DNA of 63,373 nucleotides, counting the filler, from Chiloscyllium plagiosum (lineage: Eukaryota), in the NCBI RefSeq assembly GCF_004010195.1. It is 5 parts of one record of this genome, joined end to end, with 100 filler letters (N's around TTAATTAATTAA, not from the genome) between each part and the next. Parts side by side here need not be neighbours in the genome. Positions count along the whole stretch, not along the records: positions 40,674 to 56,946 come from NC_057713.1; positions 57,047 to 60,243 come from NC_057713.1; positions 60,344 to 63,373 come from NC_057713.1; 2 more parts are not named here. One strand, 5' to 3'. Of the stretch, positions 50,420-63,119 are shown piece by piece. The notes under the pieces were generated by a model, which was not told the DNA's origin, searched no databases, and saw only the letters and a list, made by a program, of their open reading frames with translations. Both the position numbers and the translations under genes were made by a program. Within the stretch, counting starts at the first letter, position 1; the number at the start of each line of letters is the position of its first letter.

Positions 50420-52532
50420 TAGAGTCATAGAGTTTATGAGATGTACAGCACAGAAAAAGGCCCTTCGGTCCACCTCATCCATGACGACTAGATATCCTAA
50501 CTTAATCTAGTCTCATTCACCAACACTTGGCCCATATACATCGAGACCCTTCCTATCCATATACCCATCCAGATGCCTTTTAAATGCTGCAATTGTACCA
50601 GCCTCCACCACTTCCTCTGGCAGCTCATTCCATACACGTACCACCCTCTGCATGAAAATGTTGCCCCTTAGGTCTCTTTTATATCTTTCCCCTCTCACCC
50701 TAAACCTCTGCTCTCTAGTTCTGGATGCCCCTACCCCAGGGAAAATACCTTGTCTATTTACTCCATCCATGCCCCTCATGATTTTGTAAACCTCTATAAG
50801 GTCACCCCTCAGCCTCAAACACTCCAGGGAAAACAGCCCTAGCCTGTTCAGCCTCTCCCTATAGCTCAAACACTCCAACCCTGGCAACATCCTTGTAATC
50901 TTTTCTGAACCCTCTCACAACGTCCTTCCGATAGGAAGGAGAGCAGAATTGCGCGCAATATTCCAAAAGTGGTCTGACCAAAGAATGTCCTATACAGCTG
51001 CAACATGACCTCCCAACCCCTATACTCAAGGCTCCGACTAATAAAGGAAAGCATACCAAACCCCTTCTTCATTATCCTATCTATCTGCGACTCCACTTTC
51101 AAGGAGCTATGAACCTGCACTCCAAGGTCTCTTTGCTCAGCAACACTCCCTAGGACCTTACCATCAAGTATATAAGTTCTGCTAAGATTTGCTTTCCCAA
51201 AATGCAGCACCTCACATTTATTTAATTTAACATCTGATCAAGATTCTGTTGTATTCTGACATAACCCTCTTCGCTGTCCACTACACCTCCAATTTTGGTA
51301 TCATCTAAAAACCTACTAACTATACCACTTATGCTCACATCCAAATCATTTATGTAAATGACAAAAAGTAGAGGACCCAGCACCGATCCTTGTGGCATTC
51401 CACTGGTCACAGGCCTCCAGTCTGTAAAACAACCCTCCACCACCACCCTCTGTCTTCTACCTTTGAGCCAGTTCTGTATCCAAATGGCTAGTTCTCCCTG
51501 TATTCCATGAGCTCTAACCTTGCTAACTAGTCTCCCATGAGGAACCTTGTTGAACACCTTACTGAAGTCCATATAGCTCACATCTCCTGCTCTGCCCTCA
51601 TCAATCCTCTTTGTTACTTCTTCAAAAAACTCAATCAAGTTTGTGAGACATGATTTTCCATGCACAAAGCCATGTTGTCTATCCCTAATCAGTCCTTGCC
51701 TTTCCAAATACATGTACCATCCTGTCCCTCAGGATTCCCTCCAACAACTTGTCCACCACCGAGGTCAGTCTCACTGGTCTATAGTTCCCTGTCTTGTTTT
51801 TACTGCCCTTCTTAAACAGTGGCACCACGTTTGCCAACCTCCAGTCTTCCGGCACCTCACCTGTGACTATCGATGATACAAATACCTCAGCAAGGGAGCC
51901 AGCAATCACTTCTCTAGCTTCCCACAGAGTTCTCGGGTACACCTGATCAGGTCCTGGGGATTTATCTGCTTTTATGCACTTCAAGAGCACTTCCTCCTCT
52001 GTAATATGGACATTTTTCAAGATGTCATCATCTATTTCCCAATATTCTGCATCTTCCATGTCCTTTCCTGCAGTAAACACTGTTGCAAAATACTCGGTTA
52101 GTATCTCCCCCAACTCCTGCGGCTCACACAAAGGCCCCCTTGCTGATCTTTGAGGGGCCCTATTCTCTCCGTAGTTACCCTTTTGTCCTGATGCATTTAC
52201 AAAAACCCTTTGGATTTTCCTAAACCCCATTTGCCAAAGTTATCTCATGCTCTCTTTTTGCCCTCCTGATTTCTCTCTTAAGTATACTCCTACTGCCTTT
52301 ATACTCTTCTAAGGATTCACTCGATCTATCCTGTCCATACCTGACATATGCTTCCTTCTTTTTCTTAACCAAACCCTCAATTTCTTTAGTCATCCAGCAT
52401 TCCCCACACCTACCAGCCTTTCTTTTCACCCTGACAGGAATATGCTTTCTCTGGACTCTCGTTATCTCAGTTCTGAAGGCTTCCCATTTTCCAGCCGTCC
52501 CTTTACCTGCGAACATCTGCCCCCAGTCAGCT
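50420..52532 (-). mobile_element. CR1 LINE ORF2, 5'-truncated and frameshifted
   Basis: PQGSVLGPLLFVIYINDL, FLDDTK, HGFVHGKSCLTNL, KSPGPD. Confidence 0.95.
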
Positions 52533-53964
52533 TGATTTCCTTCCTGATTAAAAATCCGTTTGTCTCAGTCTTGAATATGCCCCAGCCTCGACAGCCCTCC
52601 GTGGTAAAGAATTCCACATATTCACTCCCCTCTGAGAGAAGAAATTCCTCCTCATCTCTGACTTAAATGTATGATTCCTTATTCTGAGATTATAGTTGTA
52701 CTCTCCCGGAAAGGGAATCAACCTGTCCACATGTACCCTGTCAATAACACAGTGAGCCTGACTAAATTGGATATGATTCTTCAGACATTCAGGAGTATTC
52801 AGCATGTACCATCCGATTGCAGAATCATACTGAACATTCGACGCTGTGTTGCTCGTTTTGCAAAAGTGAGTGGGCTGGTTATAGGCAGGACCTTGCTCTC
52901 TGTGAACTGCCAGAGGAAAATGCTTTTTTTAACTGTCTTTGTGATGTAAAGCCTAAATATCTGACATCATCCCAGCACCCGGAAATCCGATACCATGTTA
53001 CTCATTTGTGTGATGGATAGAATATCTTTCTGCTTGAGGGCAGCATCGTGTTAAGTGACAAACAATGCTTGCGTTGCTACAGCATTGTGGCAGTGGGAAA
53101 CAGATATCTCACGTCGATAGATGGAAAGCTGGAAGAACACAGCAGGTCAGACAGAACCTGGGGAGCAGGAATTTGAGACATATAAGATTATGAAAGGATT
53201 GGACACTCTGGCAGCAGGAAACATGTTTCCGCTGATGGGTGAGTGCGGTGCAGGCTCGAAGGGCTGAATGGCCTACTCCTGCACCTATTGTCTATTATTG
53301 TCAAGGTCAACATTTCAGGCCAAAACCCTTCATTAGGATATCTCAATCTGTTTCTCAAGCTTTTGAGAATCTTGAGCCCTCCAGAATAATTTGAAACAAA
53401 CTGGGCACTTTTCAGGACCAAGACTTTGGGGCCTGTCATGAGTTCGTACAATGTACGGCAAAAAAATGACCACAGTCAAGACAACAAAGGAAGCATCAAG
53501 AGTGATGAGAATTGATTGCCTTAGATTGATGGCTTCTCCAATCGAAGCTTTTGGCAGTGCTCCAGTGCAAAAGTTAATGGGACAATGAACTAAAATATTG
53601 CTCTAAACCGACATGTATCAAGAACTGAAGGGAAAATATTACCAATTCCAGTTCTCACAGAGTCACCACTTGGTGAAAATTCTTAACAATAGCTGGGGAA
53701 AAATAGCAGTTACATGTTTCAGTTGAATAAATTTGAAGGCTGTAAGGGAGTTATATTTCCTCATAGATTTCAGGTTGTTTCTATAGACGGCAGTTGTATT
53801 GTTTACAAAGTGCGATAAGGTGCAGTAACAGAGCTTTCCGAAATGACTGATCTGAATATGTGACTGATGGATCTAATGGATGGAGTGAGGTCAACTCTCC
53901 AAAGAATGAGAGGTAGTGGGTAATGTATCCAATCAAGGAGCTGTGGGTGGGAGAGCCAAGGAAG

Positions 53965-54300
53965 AGGGGGCGATAGCCTAGTGGTATTATTGCTGGACTG
54001 TTAATCCAGAATTCCTCTGATGTTCTGGGGTCCTGGGCTTGAATTCTGCCATAGCAGATGGTAGAACTTGAATTCAATAAAGATCTGGAGTTAAGAATCT
54101 AATGATGATCCCCAATCCATTGTTGGTTGTTGGGAAAAACCCATCTGACTCACTAATATCCTTTATCATCCTTACCTGATCTGGCCACATGTGACTCCAG
54201 GCCCATTGGTTGACTCTTACCTGCCCTCTGGGCAATTAGGGATGGGCAATAAATGCTGGCTTAGGCAGCGATGCCCACAGCCCATGAATGAATTGGAAAA
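53965..54300 (+). mobile_element. Family-B SINE, uninterrupted
   Basis: agcctagtggtattattgctggactgttaatccag...gggcaattagggatgggcaataaatgctggc. Confidence 0.8.
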
Positions 54301-54659
54301 GAAAAGAGAACTGCACTTCCTTGCAATCTGGGGACAATGCAGTAAGTGGACCTTGGATCTCAGGAGGGTGAAGATAGTGAAGACGAGAGGTAGACTACAC
54401 AGACATTGATCAGTCTGCTCTGTCTTTCAGGTTGCAGCTTGACTTTCCTGCCTGTTCTCCTTCCATTACCCTGAGAGCCTTAAATATATTCAGCGCCCAC
54501 AACGTCCTGGGGCAGTGAATCCCTAAGATTCACAGGATGGGAATTGAACTGAATTAGCTTTATTGTCATGTGTACACAAATGGGTACAGTGAAAAGTTTA
54601 CAATTTGCCACTTACAGCACCATCTTGGGTATAATGTATCTAGGTACAGATTCTTCAGT

Positions 54660-55270
54660 CATTATGGGGTGGGTCAGCAGTTATTAGCCACCCCTAACTG
54701 CCCTGGAGTTGGTGATAGTTAGTTACCTTGATGAACTGTCTTACTACATGCAGCGCAGGAACACCCACAGTGCTGTTTGAGAAGGACTTCCAGGATTTCA
54801 ACCCAATGACACTGAAGGAACAGTGATATATTTCTGAGTCAGGATGGTGAGTGGCTTGGAGGGGAACTTGCACAGGCTGGTATTCCCATTTATCTGCTGC
54901 CCTTGTCCTTCTGGATGGAAGTGGGTTGTGGGTTTGGATGGTGCTGTCTGAGGAACCTTGGTGAATTTCTGTAGATGACGTGTGATTAATACTGTGGTGG
55001 AGGGAGTGGATGTTTGTGGCTGGGATGCTAATCAAGTGGGCTGCTTTGTCCTGGATGGTGTCAATATTCTTGAGTTTTGTTGGAGTTGCCCCCACCCAGG
55101 CAAGTGGGGAGTATTCCATCACACTCCTGACTTGTGCCTTGTAGATGGTGGACAGGCTTTGGAGAGTCAGGAGGTGAGTTACTCCCCCCAGGATCCCTAG
55201 CATCTGACTTGCTCTTGTAGCCACTGTCTTTATGTGGCAAGTCCAGATTAGTTTCTGGTCAATGATAAAC
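54660..55270 (-). mobile_element. Zenon-like CR1-group LINE 3' portion
   Basis: LSTIYKAQVRSVMEYSPLAW..IDTIQDKAAHLI. Confidence 0.8.
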
Positions 55271-55599
55271 TCAGGATGTCAATTACATGGGGTTTGTTTG
55301 GATTCTTTCTTGAAGGAGATGCTCATCACCTGGCAGTGATCATCTCAAATCTGGATATCATTCTGGTTTCATTGCATTTGAACATGGCGGGACTATGGTT
55401 TCCAATTCTACCATGTTAGGTGGTGAAACTTGAATTCATTAAATTTAATCTGCCATTGGTATCCAGTCTGACCTGCATCCAAAACAAATCACACTGAACT
55501 GCCCTCTGGGCAATATGGATATGATGGTAAATGCTGGCTTAGTCAACTAGAGATGCCCACATTCCATTAACAGTTTAAAAAACAAAACAATCCTTTCAC

Positions 55600-56352
55600 A
55601 GAATCATAGAATCCCTGCAGTGTGGAAACAGGCCATTCAGCCCATTGAGTCCACACCGACCCTCCGAGAAACAGACCCCATCCCCATACCCTACCCCTGT
55701 AACTCTGCATTTCCCGTGGCTAGCCCACCTAGCTTGCACATCTCTGGACATGATGGGACAATTTAGATTGGCCAATCCATCCTAACCTACAGGTGGAGTC
55801 ATAGAGTCAGAGAGAATGGACAAAGGTAAAAATCACCTTCACCAGGACAACCACCTGGTGAAGGAGCAGCGCTCCAAAAGCTAGTGCTTCCTAACAAACC
55901 TGTTGGACTATAATCCAGTGTTGTGTGATTTTTAACTTTGTCCACTCCAGTCCAACACTGGCTCCTCCACATCAGAGAGAATGGAAACAGAGCAGTCCAA
56001 CCAGTCCACGCCGAACATAATCCCAAACTAAACGAGTCCCACTTGCCTGCTGCTGGCCTACATCCCTCCACATGCACTTTTCATGTCTTTTAAATGTTGT
56101 AACTGTGCCCACGTTCACCAACTCCTCAGGTAGTTCGTTACACATGCAGACCATCCTCTGTGTAAAAAATTGCCCTTCATGTCTTACTTAGATCTCTCTC
56201 CTCTCACCTTAAACGTGCCCGCTACAATTGGAAATCCTCATCGTTGGACTGTGGGAGGGAACAGGAGCACCTGGAGGAAATGCACACAGACACGGGGAGA
56301 ATGTACAAACTCCAGACGGGCTGAGGCTGGAATCGAACCCAGGTCCCTGGCC
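55600..56352. mobile_element. Nest: family-C hammerhead element (55821-55971, 14 bp TSD) inside a CR1 tail inside an HE1 SINE
   Basis: TSD tcagagagaatgga at 55807-55820 and 55972-55985. Confidence 0.8.
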
Positions 56353-56399
56353 TTTCATCCCAGAGACCAGACAGTGAATCTTCCCTGTATCTCATCCCA

Positions 56400-56946
56400 T
56401 GCTACCTTAGCAGGGATGACCGTGGAGGAACAATGGCGGATATTTCTGTGTATAATGCAGAAGTTGCAGGATCAGTTCATTCCTAAAAGGAAGAAAGATC
56501 CCAGGAGGAGGCATGGGCGGCCGTGGCTGACGAGGGAAGTTAAGAAACATATAAAGTTAAAAGAGAAAAAGTATAACATAGCAAAGATAAGTGGGAAAAC
56601 GGAGGACTGGGAAGCTTTTAAAGAACAACAGAGGATTACTGAGAAGGAAATACACAGAGGAAAAATGAGGTACCAAGGTAAATTGGCTAATAATATAAAG
56701 GAGGATAGTAAAAGCTTTTTTAAGTATGTGCAAGGCAAAAAAATGGTTAGGACAAAAATTGGGCCCTTGAAGACAGAAACAGGGGAATATATTACTAGGA
56801 ACAAAGAAATGGCAGAAGAATTGAATTGGTACCTCAGATCTGTGTTCACTGGGGAAGACACAAGCAATCTCCCTGAGGTAACAGTGGCTGAAGGACCAGA
56901 ACTGAAGGGAATTTATATTTGCCAAGAATTGGTGTTGGAGAGACTG
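56400..56946 (+). mobile_element. CR1 ORF2 internal fragment (different subfamily), runs into a gap
   Basis: TVEEQW..F...RPWLTREVK..NIKEDSKSFFKYV..EMAEELNWY. Confidence 0.85.
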
Positions 56947-57053
56947 NNNNNNNNNNNNNNNNNNNNNNNNNNNNNNNNNNNNNNNNNNNNTTAATTAATT
57001 AANNNNNNNNNNNNNNNNNNNNNNNNNNNNNNNNNNNNNNNNNNNNCCGACTT

Positions 57054-57230
57054 GTGTTAACTCAGGGGCAGAGGGAGAGAGTGTTAACTCAGGGGCAGGG
57101 GGAGAGAGTGTTAACCCAGGGGCAGGGGGAGAGAGCGTTAACCCAGGGGCAGGGGGAGAGAGCGTTAACCCCGGGGCAGGGGGAGACAGTGTTAACTCAG
57201 GGGCAGGGGGGAGAGAGTGTTAACTCAGAG
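57054..57230. repeat. 27 bp G-rich minisatellite, about 6.5 copies
   Basis: gtgttaactcaggggcagggggagaga repeated. Confidence 0.92.
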
Positions 57231-57661
57231 ACAGCGTGACTGTGTTCCATTATTTTTGCTCACAGGCTGGCTGTTTGGAGTCTGACTGTTGACTCGTGTG
57301 CACTGATTGCAATGACAGCTGTTTTTTTCTCTTTTGATTATGAAGCTGGGTACGGTTCCTGAGGTGACAGGACCCGCAGAGCCTGTCCCTCACCTTCCCG
57401 TAGTAGAATATTAGCTTACCCAGTCTGTGTTCCACAGCATCATCCCTGAGGGGTACGAGGAACACACTGAACAGGCTGCAACAGTTAAACCTTCCCAGAG
57501 AGGACAGCAATTTGAGACATCGCACAATGACAGCGCTCTGTGTTTGGAGCAGACATAAGGCAATCTCTAGGTGGCATAAAAAATGCAGAATTTAAAAAGT
57601 GAAGAAACAATAAAAAAGGCACGATTAAATAACATCATTTCTCAGCCCCTTCCATACTGAG

Positions 57662-57865
57662 TCGAGAGTGTGTTGCTGGAAAAGCACAGCAGGTCAGGCA
57701 GCATTTGTGGAGCAGGAGAATTGGCATTTTGGGCATAAGCCCTTCATCAGCAAAGTTACTGAAATGTTGATTCTCCTGCTCCTCGGATGCTGCCTGACCT
57801 GCTGTGCCTTCCCAGCACCACACTCTTTGACTCTAATCTCCAGGATCTGCAGTCCTCGCTTTCTT
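57662..57865. mobile_element. Palindromic PLE-terminus insertion (family A) with 14 bp TSD
   Basis: TSD ccttccatactgag at 57648-57661 and 57866-57879. Confidence 0.9.
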
Positions 57866-58164
57866 CCTTCCATACTGAGCGTGACGACTTTGAGAATCAA
57901 ATGAAGGTGAAAATCTGTCTCAGTCCCTCACAGTGAATGAGCTGAAATCTCAAGGAGGGAGGGAGGGGGAGGTGTTGACTGGAATGTATGTCACCCATTG
58001 GAAGACTGTGGTGCCAGTTTATTGCAATTTGCACTTTCATAGCGCCTTTTTGACAGTGTGCAAAAAACATCCCAAGGTGCTTCACAGCAGCCATGACGCA
58101 GGCACCTGCCAACAAACAGAAACAAAGAAAGAGACACTAAACAGGCAACCGAAAGCTCATGGAG

Positions 58165-58730
58165 TCACAGAGTCATAGAGATGTACAGCACAGAAACAGA
58201 CCCTTCAGTCCATCCCGTCCATGCTGACCAGATATCCCAACCCAATCTAGTCCCACCTGCCAGCACCCAGCCCATATCCCTCCAAACCCTTCCTATTTCC
58301 ATACCCATCCAGATGCCTTTTAAATGCTATCATTGTACCAGCCTCCACCACTTCATCTGGCAGCTCATTCCATACATCCAGCACCCTCTGTGTGAAAACG
58401 TTGCCTCTTTGGTCCCTTCTAAATCTTTCCCCTCCCACCCTAAACCTATGCCCTCTAGTTCTGGACTCCCCCAACTCAGAGAAAAGACCTTGTTCTACTT
58501 ATCCTATCCATATCCCTCATGAGTTTATAAACTCTATAAGGTCACCCTCAGCCTCCGATGCTCCAGGGAAAACAGTCCCAGCCTATTCAGCCTCTCCCTA
58601 TAGCTCAAATCCTCCAACCTTGGAAGAATCCTTATAAATCTTTCCTGAACCCTTTCATTCTTCACAACATCCTTCCAACAGGAGGGAGACCGGAATTGCA
58701 CGCAATATTCCAAAAGTGGCCTTACCAATG
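58165..58730 (-). mobile_element. CR1 3' portion
   Basis: LVRPLLEYCVQF, WNELPDEVVEAG. Confidence 0.9.
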
Positions 58731-59599
58731 AGATGGACTTGCGAAAAAGAGAACAGAGTGAGAGAGGCAGGGAGCAAATGAGACTTAGACAAGGAATTGC
58801 TGAGCTCAAGGCTCTAATAGCTGAAAGCAAGACCATCAATGGTGGAGCAATGAAAACTTGAGGTAGGCAAGAGGCTAGTGTCTAGTGGAGTGCAAAGATC
58901 TCGGAGGACATTTTTGAGCTGGATATACCAGGATCATGGAAGGATTTGAATGAGAATGAACTCAACTAAAGACAATGTGGTATGAGGTTCCATTTGAATT
59001 GTAACCAATGGATCATTAAAAGATTAATCTTTTTGTTGATATTTTTGATTTGATATTATGTTATGCAACAACCCACGGCATTTTCTACACAAATGCTGTT
59101 TGAAGAAAAACAAAGTCTAGATTTGGAAGCCAAAACTGAGTTGGCAGTTCACCCCTGGTCTGGCTCTTATCTCTGGGGATTCACCTTCTAATCTCACCTC
59201 CTCTGGTAACACTTCAAAGGTTTCTTATCATCGTAGAATCATGGAACGGTCGCCATACTGGAAGAGTAATTCAGCCGGTCATACCTCGGCTTGCTCTGTC
59301 CAAGAGCAATTCATCTTGTTCCTCCTTTTCCCAGTAGCCATTGCAGAGGGTCACACAAGACTAAGAGAACACAAGAAAGAGTTCCCTGTCCTGTTGAAAC
59401 TAAGGAGAATGTTTTTGAGGTCTCTGCTGGGCTCTGGACAGATTCCAGGGACATGATAATAAGGCAAACTCACCGCCTGATGTTCTTGCATTTTCTGCTC
59501 CATCAAAGACAGATGTGACAAGATGTGAAATTGTCTGTAGTCAGATTGTCTGTATTCATTCAGTTGGAGCACTTATGAAGCTATTTTGAATGTGAGCAG

Positions 59600-60243
59600 C
59601 AGCAGAGTTTAAAGGAACCCGGAAGGCTACAGCTAAGGTGAGACAGTTTGTTTTAAAATTACTTACCGGTAGCGGGCAGCGGTGTTTTTTTTTTCTCTTC
59701 ACAGAAAGAGCGGGAGCAGCAGGGGGAAGTGACGACGACCAGAGGGGCAGCCAGGTAGGTTTTTTTCCCTATAAAAGCGTGCAGGAGAAGAACCCGAGGC
59801 ACTACAGAGGTAGTGCCTCCCACCCGCCCTCCTCCTCTAACCTAATAATAAGACCCGTTGTGGTAAGTAAGTAAATGCTGCATTTTGCTTGTTCTATTCT
59901 TTAGACCCAGTTTTTTTTTAAAAAAGGTTACTTTTAGAGGGATGGCAGTGAAGGCAGTGCAATGTTCCTCTTGCAACATGTTTGAGGTGAGGGATGCCAT
60001 GGACGTCCCTGCTGATTACACTTGCAGGAAGTGCACCCATCTCCAGCTCCTCCAAGACCGTGTTAGGGAACTGGAGCTGGAGTTGGATGAACTTAGGATC
60101 ATTCGGGAGGCAGAGGGGGCATAGATCGGAGCTTTAGGGAAGTAGTAACTCCAAAGATGACAGATAGATGGGTGACAGTGAGGGGGACTGGGAGGAAGCA
60201 GCCAGTGCAGGGACCCCCTGCGGCCGTCCCCCACAAGAACAAG
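59600..60243 (+). mobile_element. CR1 5' UTR and ORF1 N-terminus (zinc finger/leucine zipper), with a premature stop
   Basis: MAVKAVQCSSCNMF...CRKCTHLQLLQDRVRELELELDEL. Confidence 0.85.
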
Positions 60244-60344
60244 NNNNNNNNNNNNNNNNNNNNNNNNNNNNNNNNNNNNNNNNNNNNTTAATTAATTAAN
60301 NNNNNNNNNNNNNNNNNNNNNNNNNNNNNNNNNNNNNNNNNNNC

Positions 60345-62880
60345 TGACAGGAATATACTTTCCCTGGATTCTTGTTATCTCATTTCTGAAGGCTTCCCAT
60401 TTTCCAGCCGTCCCTTTACCAAGATCCCTATGCACATCCACACTACCAAGAATCTTTCCATTGACCCAGTATTCTGCCTTCCTGTTATTCTTCCCAAAGT
60501 GAATCACCTCACATTTATCTACATTGAACTCCATTTGCCACCTCTCAGCCCTATTCTGCAGTTTAAACAAGTCCCTCTGCAACCTGCAACATTGTTCCAC
60601 CCTGTCCACTACTCCACCGACTTTAGAGTCATCTGCAAATTTACTAACCCACCCACCTATGCCTGCGTCTAAATCATTTATACAAATGACAAACAGCAGT
60701 GGTCTCAAAACTGACCCCTGTGGCACACCACGAGTAACCAGACTCCAGGCTGAATATTTTCCATCACCACCACTTGCTGCCATCTTTCAGAAAGCCATTT
60801 TCTAATCCAAACCACTAAATCACCCTCAATCCCATGCTTCTGCATTTTCTCCAACAATCTACCATGTGGAACCTTATCAAAGGCTTTACAGAAGTCCATG
60901 CACACCACATCAACTGCCCTATCCTCATCCACATGCTTGGGCACCTTCTCAACAAATGAGGTTTTTGAGATACAACCTCCCTTTGTCAAAACCACGTTGA
61001 CTATCTGAAATCAAATTGTTGCTTGCTCGATGATTATAAGTCCTATCTCTTATAATCCTTTCCAAAACTTTTCCTACACTACATGTAAGGCTCACTGATC
61101 TATAATTACCTGGATCATCTTGACTGCCCTTCTTGAACAAGCGCACAACATTTGCAATCCTTCAGTCCTCTGGTACTAAATCTGCAGACAATGACAACTC
61201 AACGATCAAAGCCAAAGTCTCCAACCTCTTCTCCCTAGCTTCCCACAGAATCCTTGAATAAATCCCATCTGGCCCAGGGGACTTGTCTACTTTTACTCCT
61301 TCTAGAATTGATAACACCTCTTCCTTAATAACCTCTATCCTTTCTAGTCTAATATCACTTATCTCGGTCTTCTCCTCTACAATATTTTCCTTTCCTTTCC
61401 TTTTCTCAGTTGAGAAATATTTATTTAGCACCTCTCTGATCTCCACAGGGTGACATACACCTTCCTACTTCTGTCTTTGATTGGCCGTCTCCCTCCCCTA
61501 GTCATCCTTTTATTCCTCTCATACCTATAGAAAGCTTCAGGGTTCTCCTTTATTCTACCTGCTAAAGACTGCTCATATCCTCTCTTTGCTCTTCTTAACT
61601 GTCTCTTTAAATCCTTCATTGCTAATCTGTAACTTGCCATCGCCTCATCTGAACCATCTCACTTCATTTTCACATAACCATCCTTCTTCCGCTTAACAAG
61701 AGGTGCAATTTCTGTAGTAAACCATGGTTCCCTTACCTTATCACTTCCTTCCTGTCTGACTTGGGACATACCTCTCAAGGAATTGCAATATCTGTTCCTT
61801 AAACCAGCTCCACATTGTGATTGTCCCCACCCATTGTATTTTGCTACCCCATTCTGTGCATCCTTAGTCTTGCCTAATCATGTTATAATTGCCTTGCCGC
61901 ATCAATAACTCTTGCCCTGTGGCATGTATCTATCCCTTTTCATCACTAAACTAAATGGAACTGAGTTATGGTCACTCTCTCCAAAGTCCTCACCTACCAC
62001 TAAATCAAACACCTGGTCTGGTTCATTACCAAGCACCAGATTCAGTGTGGCCTCCCCTCTTGTCAGCCCTTCGACATACTGTGTCTGGAAACTCACTTGC
62101 ACACATTGGACAAAAATGTATCCATCCGTCGTACGAGAGGTATAGCATTTCCAGTCAATGTTGGGGAAGTTAAAGACCCCATAATGACCACCCTGTTCCT
62201 TTCACTCCTACCCAGAATAATTTTGCCAATCCTCTCCTCATCCCTGGAACTCTGTGGAGGCCTATAAAAAAACTCCCAGCAGTGTGACCTCTTCTCTCCT
62301 GTTTCTAACCTCAGCCCATACTATCTCAGTAGACGAGTCCTCATCAAAAGTTCCTTCAGCCACCATTATATTATCCCTGACTAACAAGGCCACACCTCCC
62401 CCTCTTTTACCGCCTTGCCTGTTCTTAATGAAAGATCTAAACACTGGAACCTGCAACACACATTCCTGACCCTGCTCTATCCATACCTCCAAAATGACCA
62501 CAACATCCAAGTCCCAGGTCCCTATCCATGCTGCCAGCTCACCTACCTTATTTTGGATACTTCTGGTGCTGAAGTAGACACACTTCAAACCAACTTGCTG
62601 TCTGCCACCACATTCCTGTGACCATGAAATCCTGTCCATGTTCTCCCTACTCTCATCCTCCTGTGCACTGGAACTATACTTCAGGATCCCATCCTCCTAC
62701 TGAGCTAGTTCAAACCCACCCGAATAGCATCGGCAAATTTCCCACCCAGGACATTAGTACTCCTCTGGTTCAAGTGAAGACTGTCCTGTTTGTAGAGGTC
62801 TGACCTTCCCTAGCATGGGCCCCAATTATCCAAGTACCTGAAACCCTCCCTCCTGCACCATCCCTGCAGCCACATGACCA
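60345..62880 (-). mobile_element. Older CR1 LINE: end of ORF1, APE endonuclease and RT, decayed
   Basis: LKCVYFSTRSIQNKVGEL, GESDHN, KSPGPD, DFCKAFDKVPH, GVPQGSVL, KFADDSK. Confidence 0.9.
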
Positions 62881-63119
62881 TTTCCTAGGTCATTTCCATC
62901 TACCTTTCCTCCTCTGGAGAAGGTTCCTTTTCCTCCAATCCTTGGAGGGATTAGGGGGGTAGCATGTGCAGGATTGAGACTGTGGGGTGATGTGGATATA
63001 CTGGGTGCATGTCAGAGACTGTGCCACCAGGTGAAGGATGGGTAGGTGGGTTTATCTTTGACATGCGCAAAATATTTTGCTAAATCTATTCTTCCATGGC
63101 ATGTGGGTATTCTTAGGTA

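Noticed and set aside
60345..60420. Young CR1 segment fused to an older CR1
   Set aside because: It sits at a gap edge and cannot be distinguished from mis-assembly or an ordinary nested insertion.
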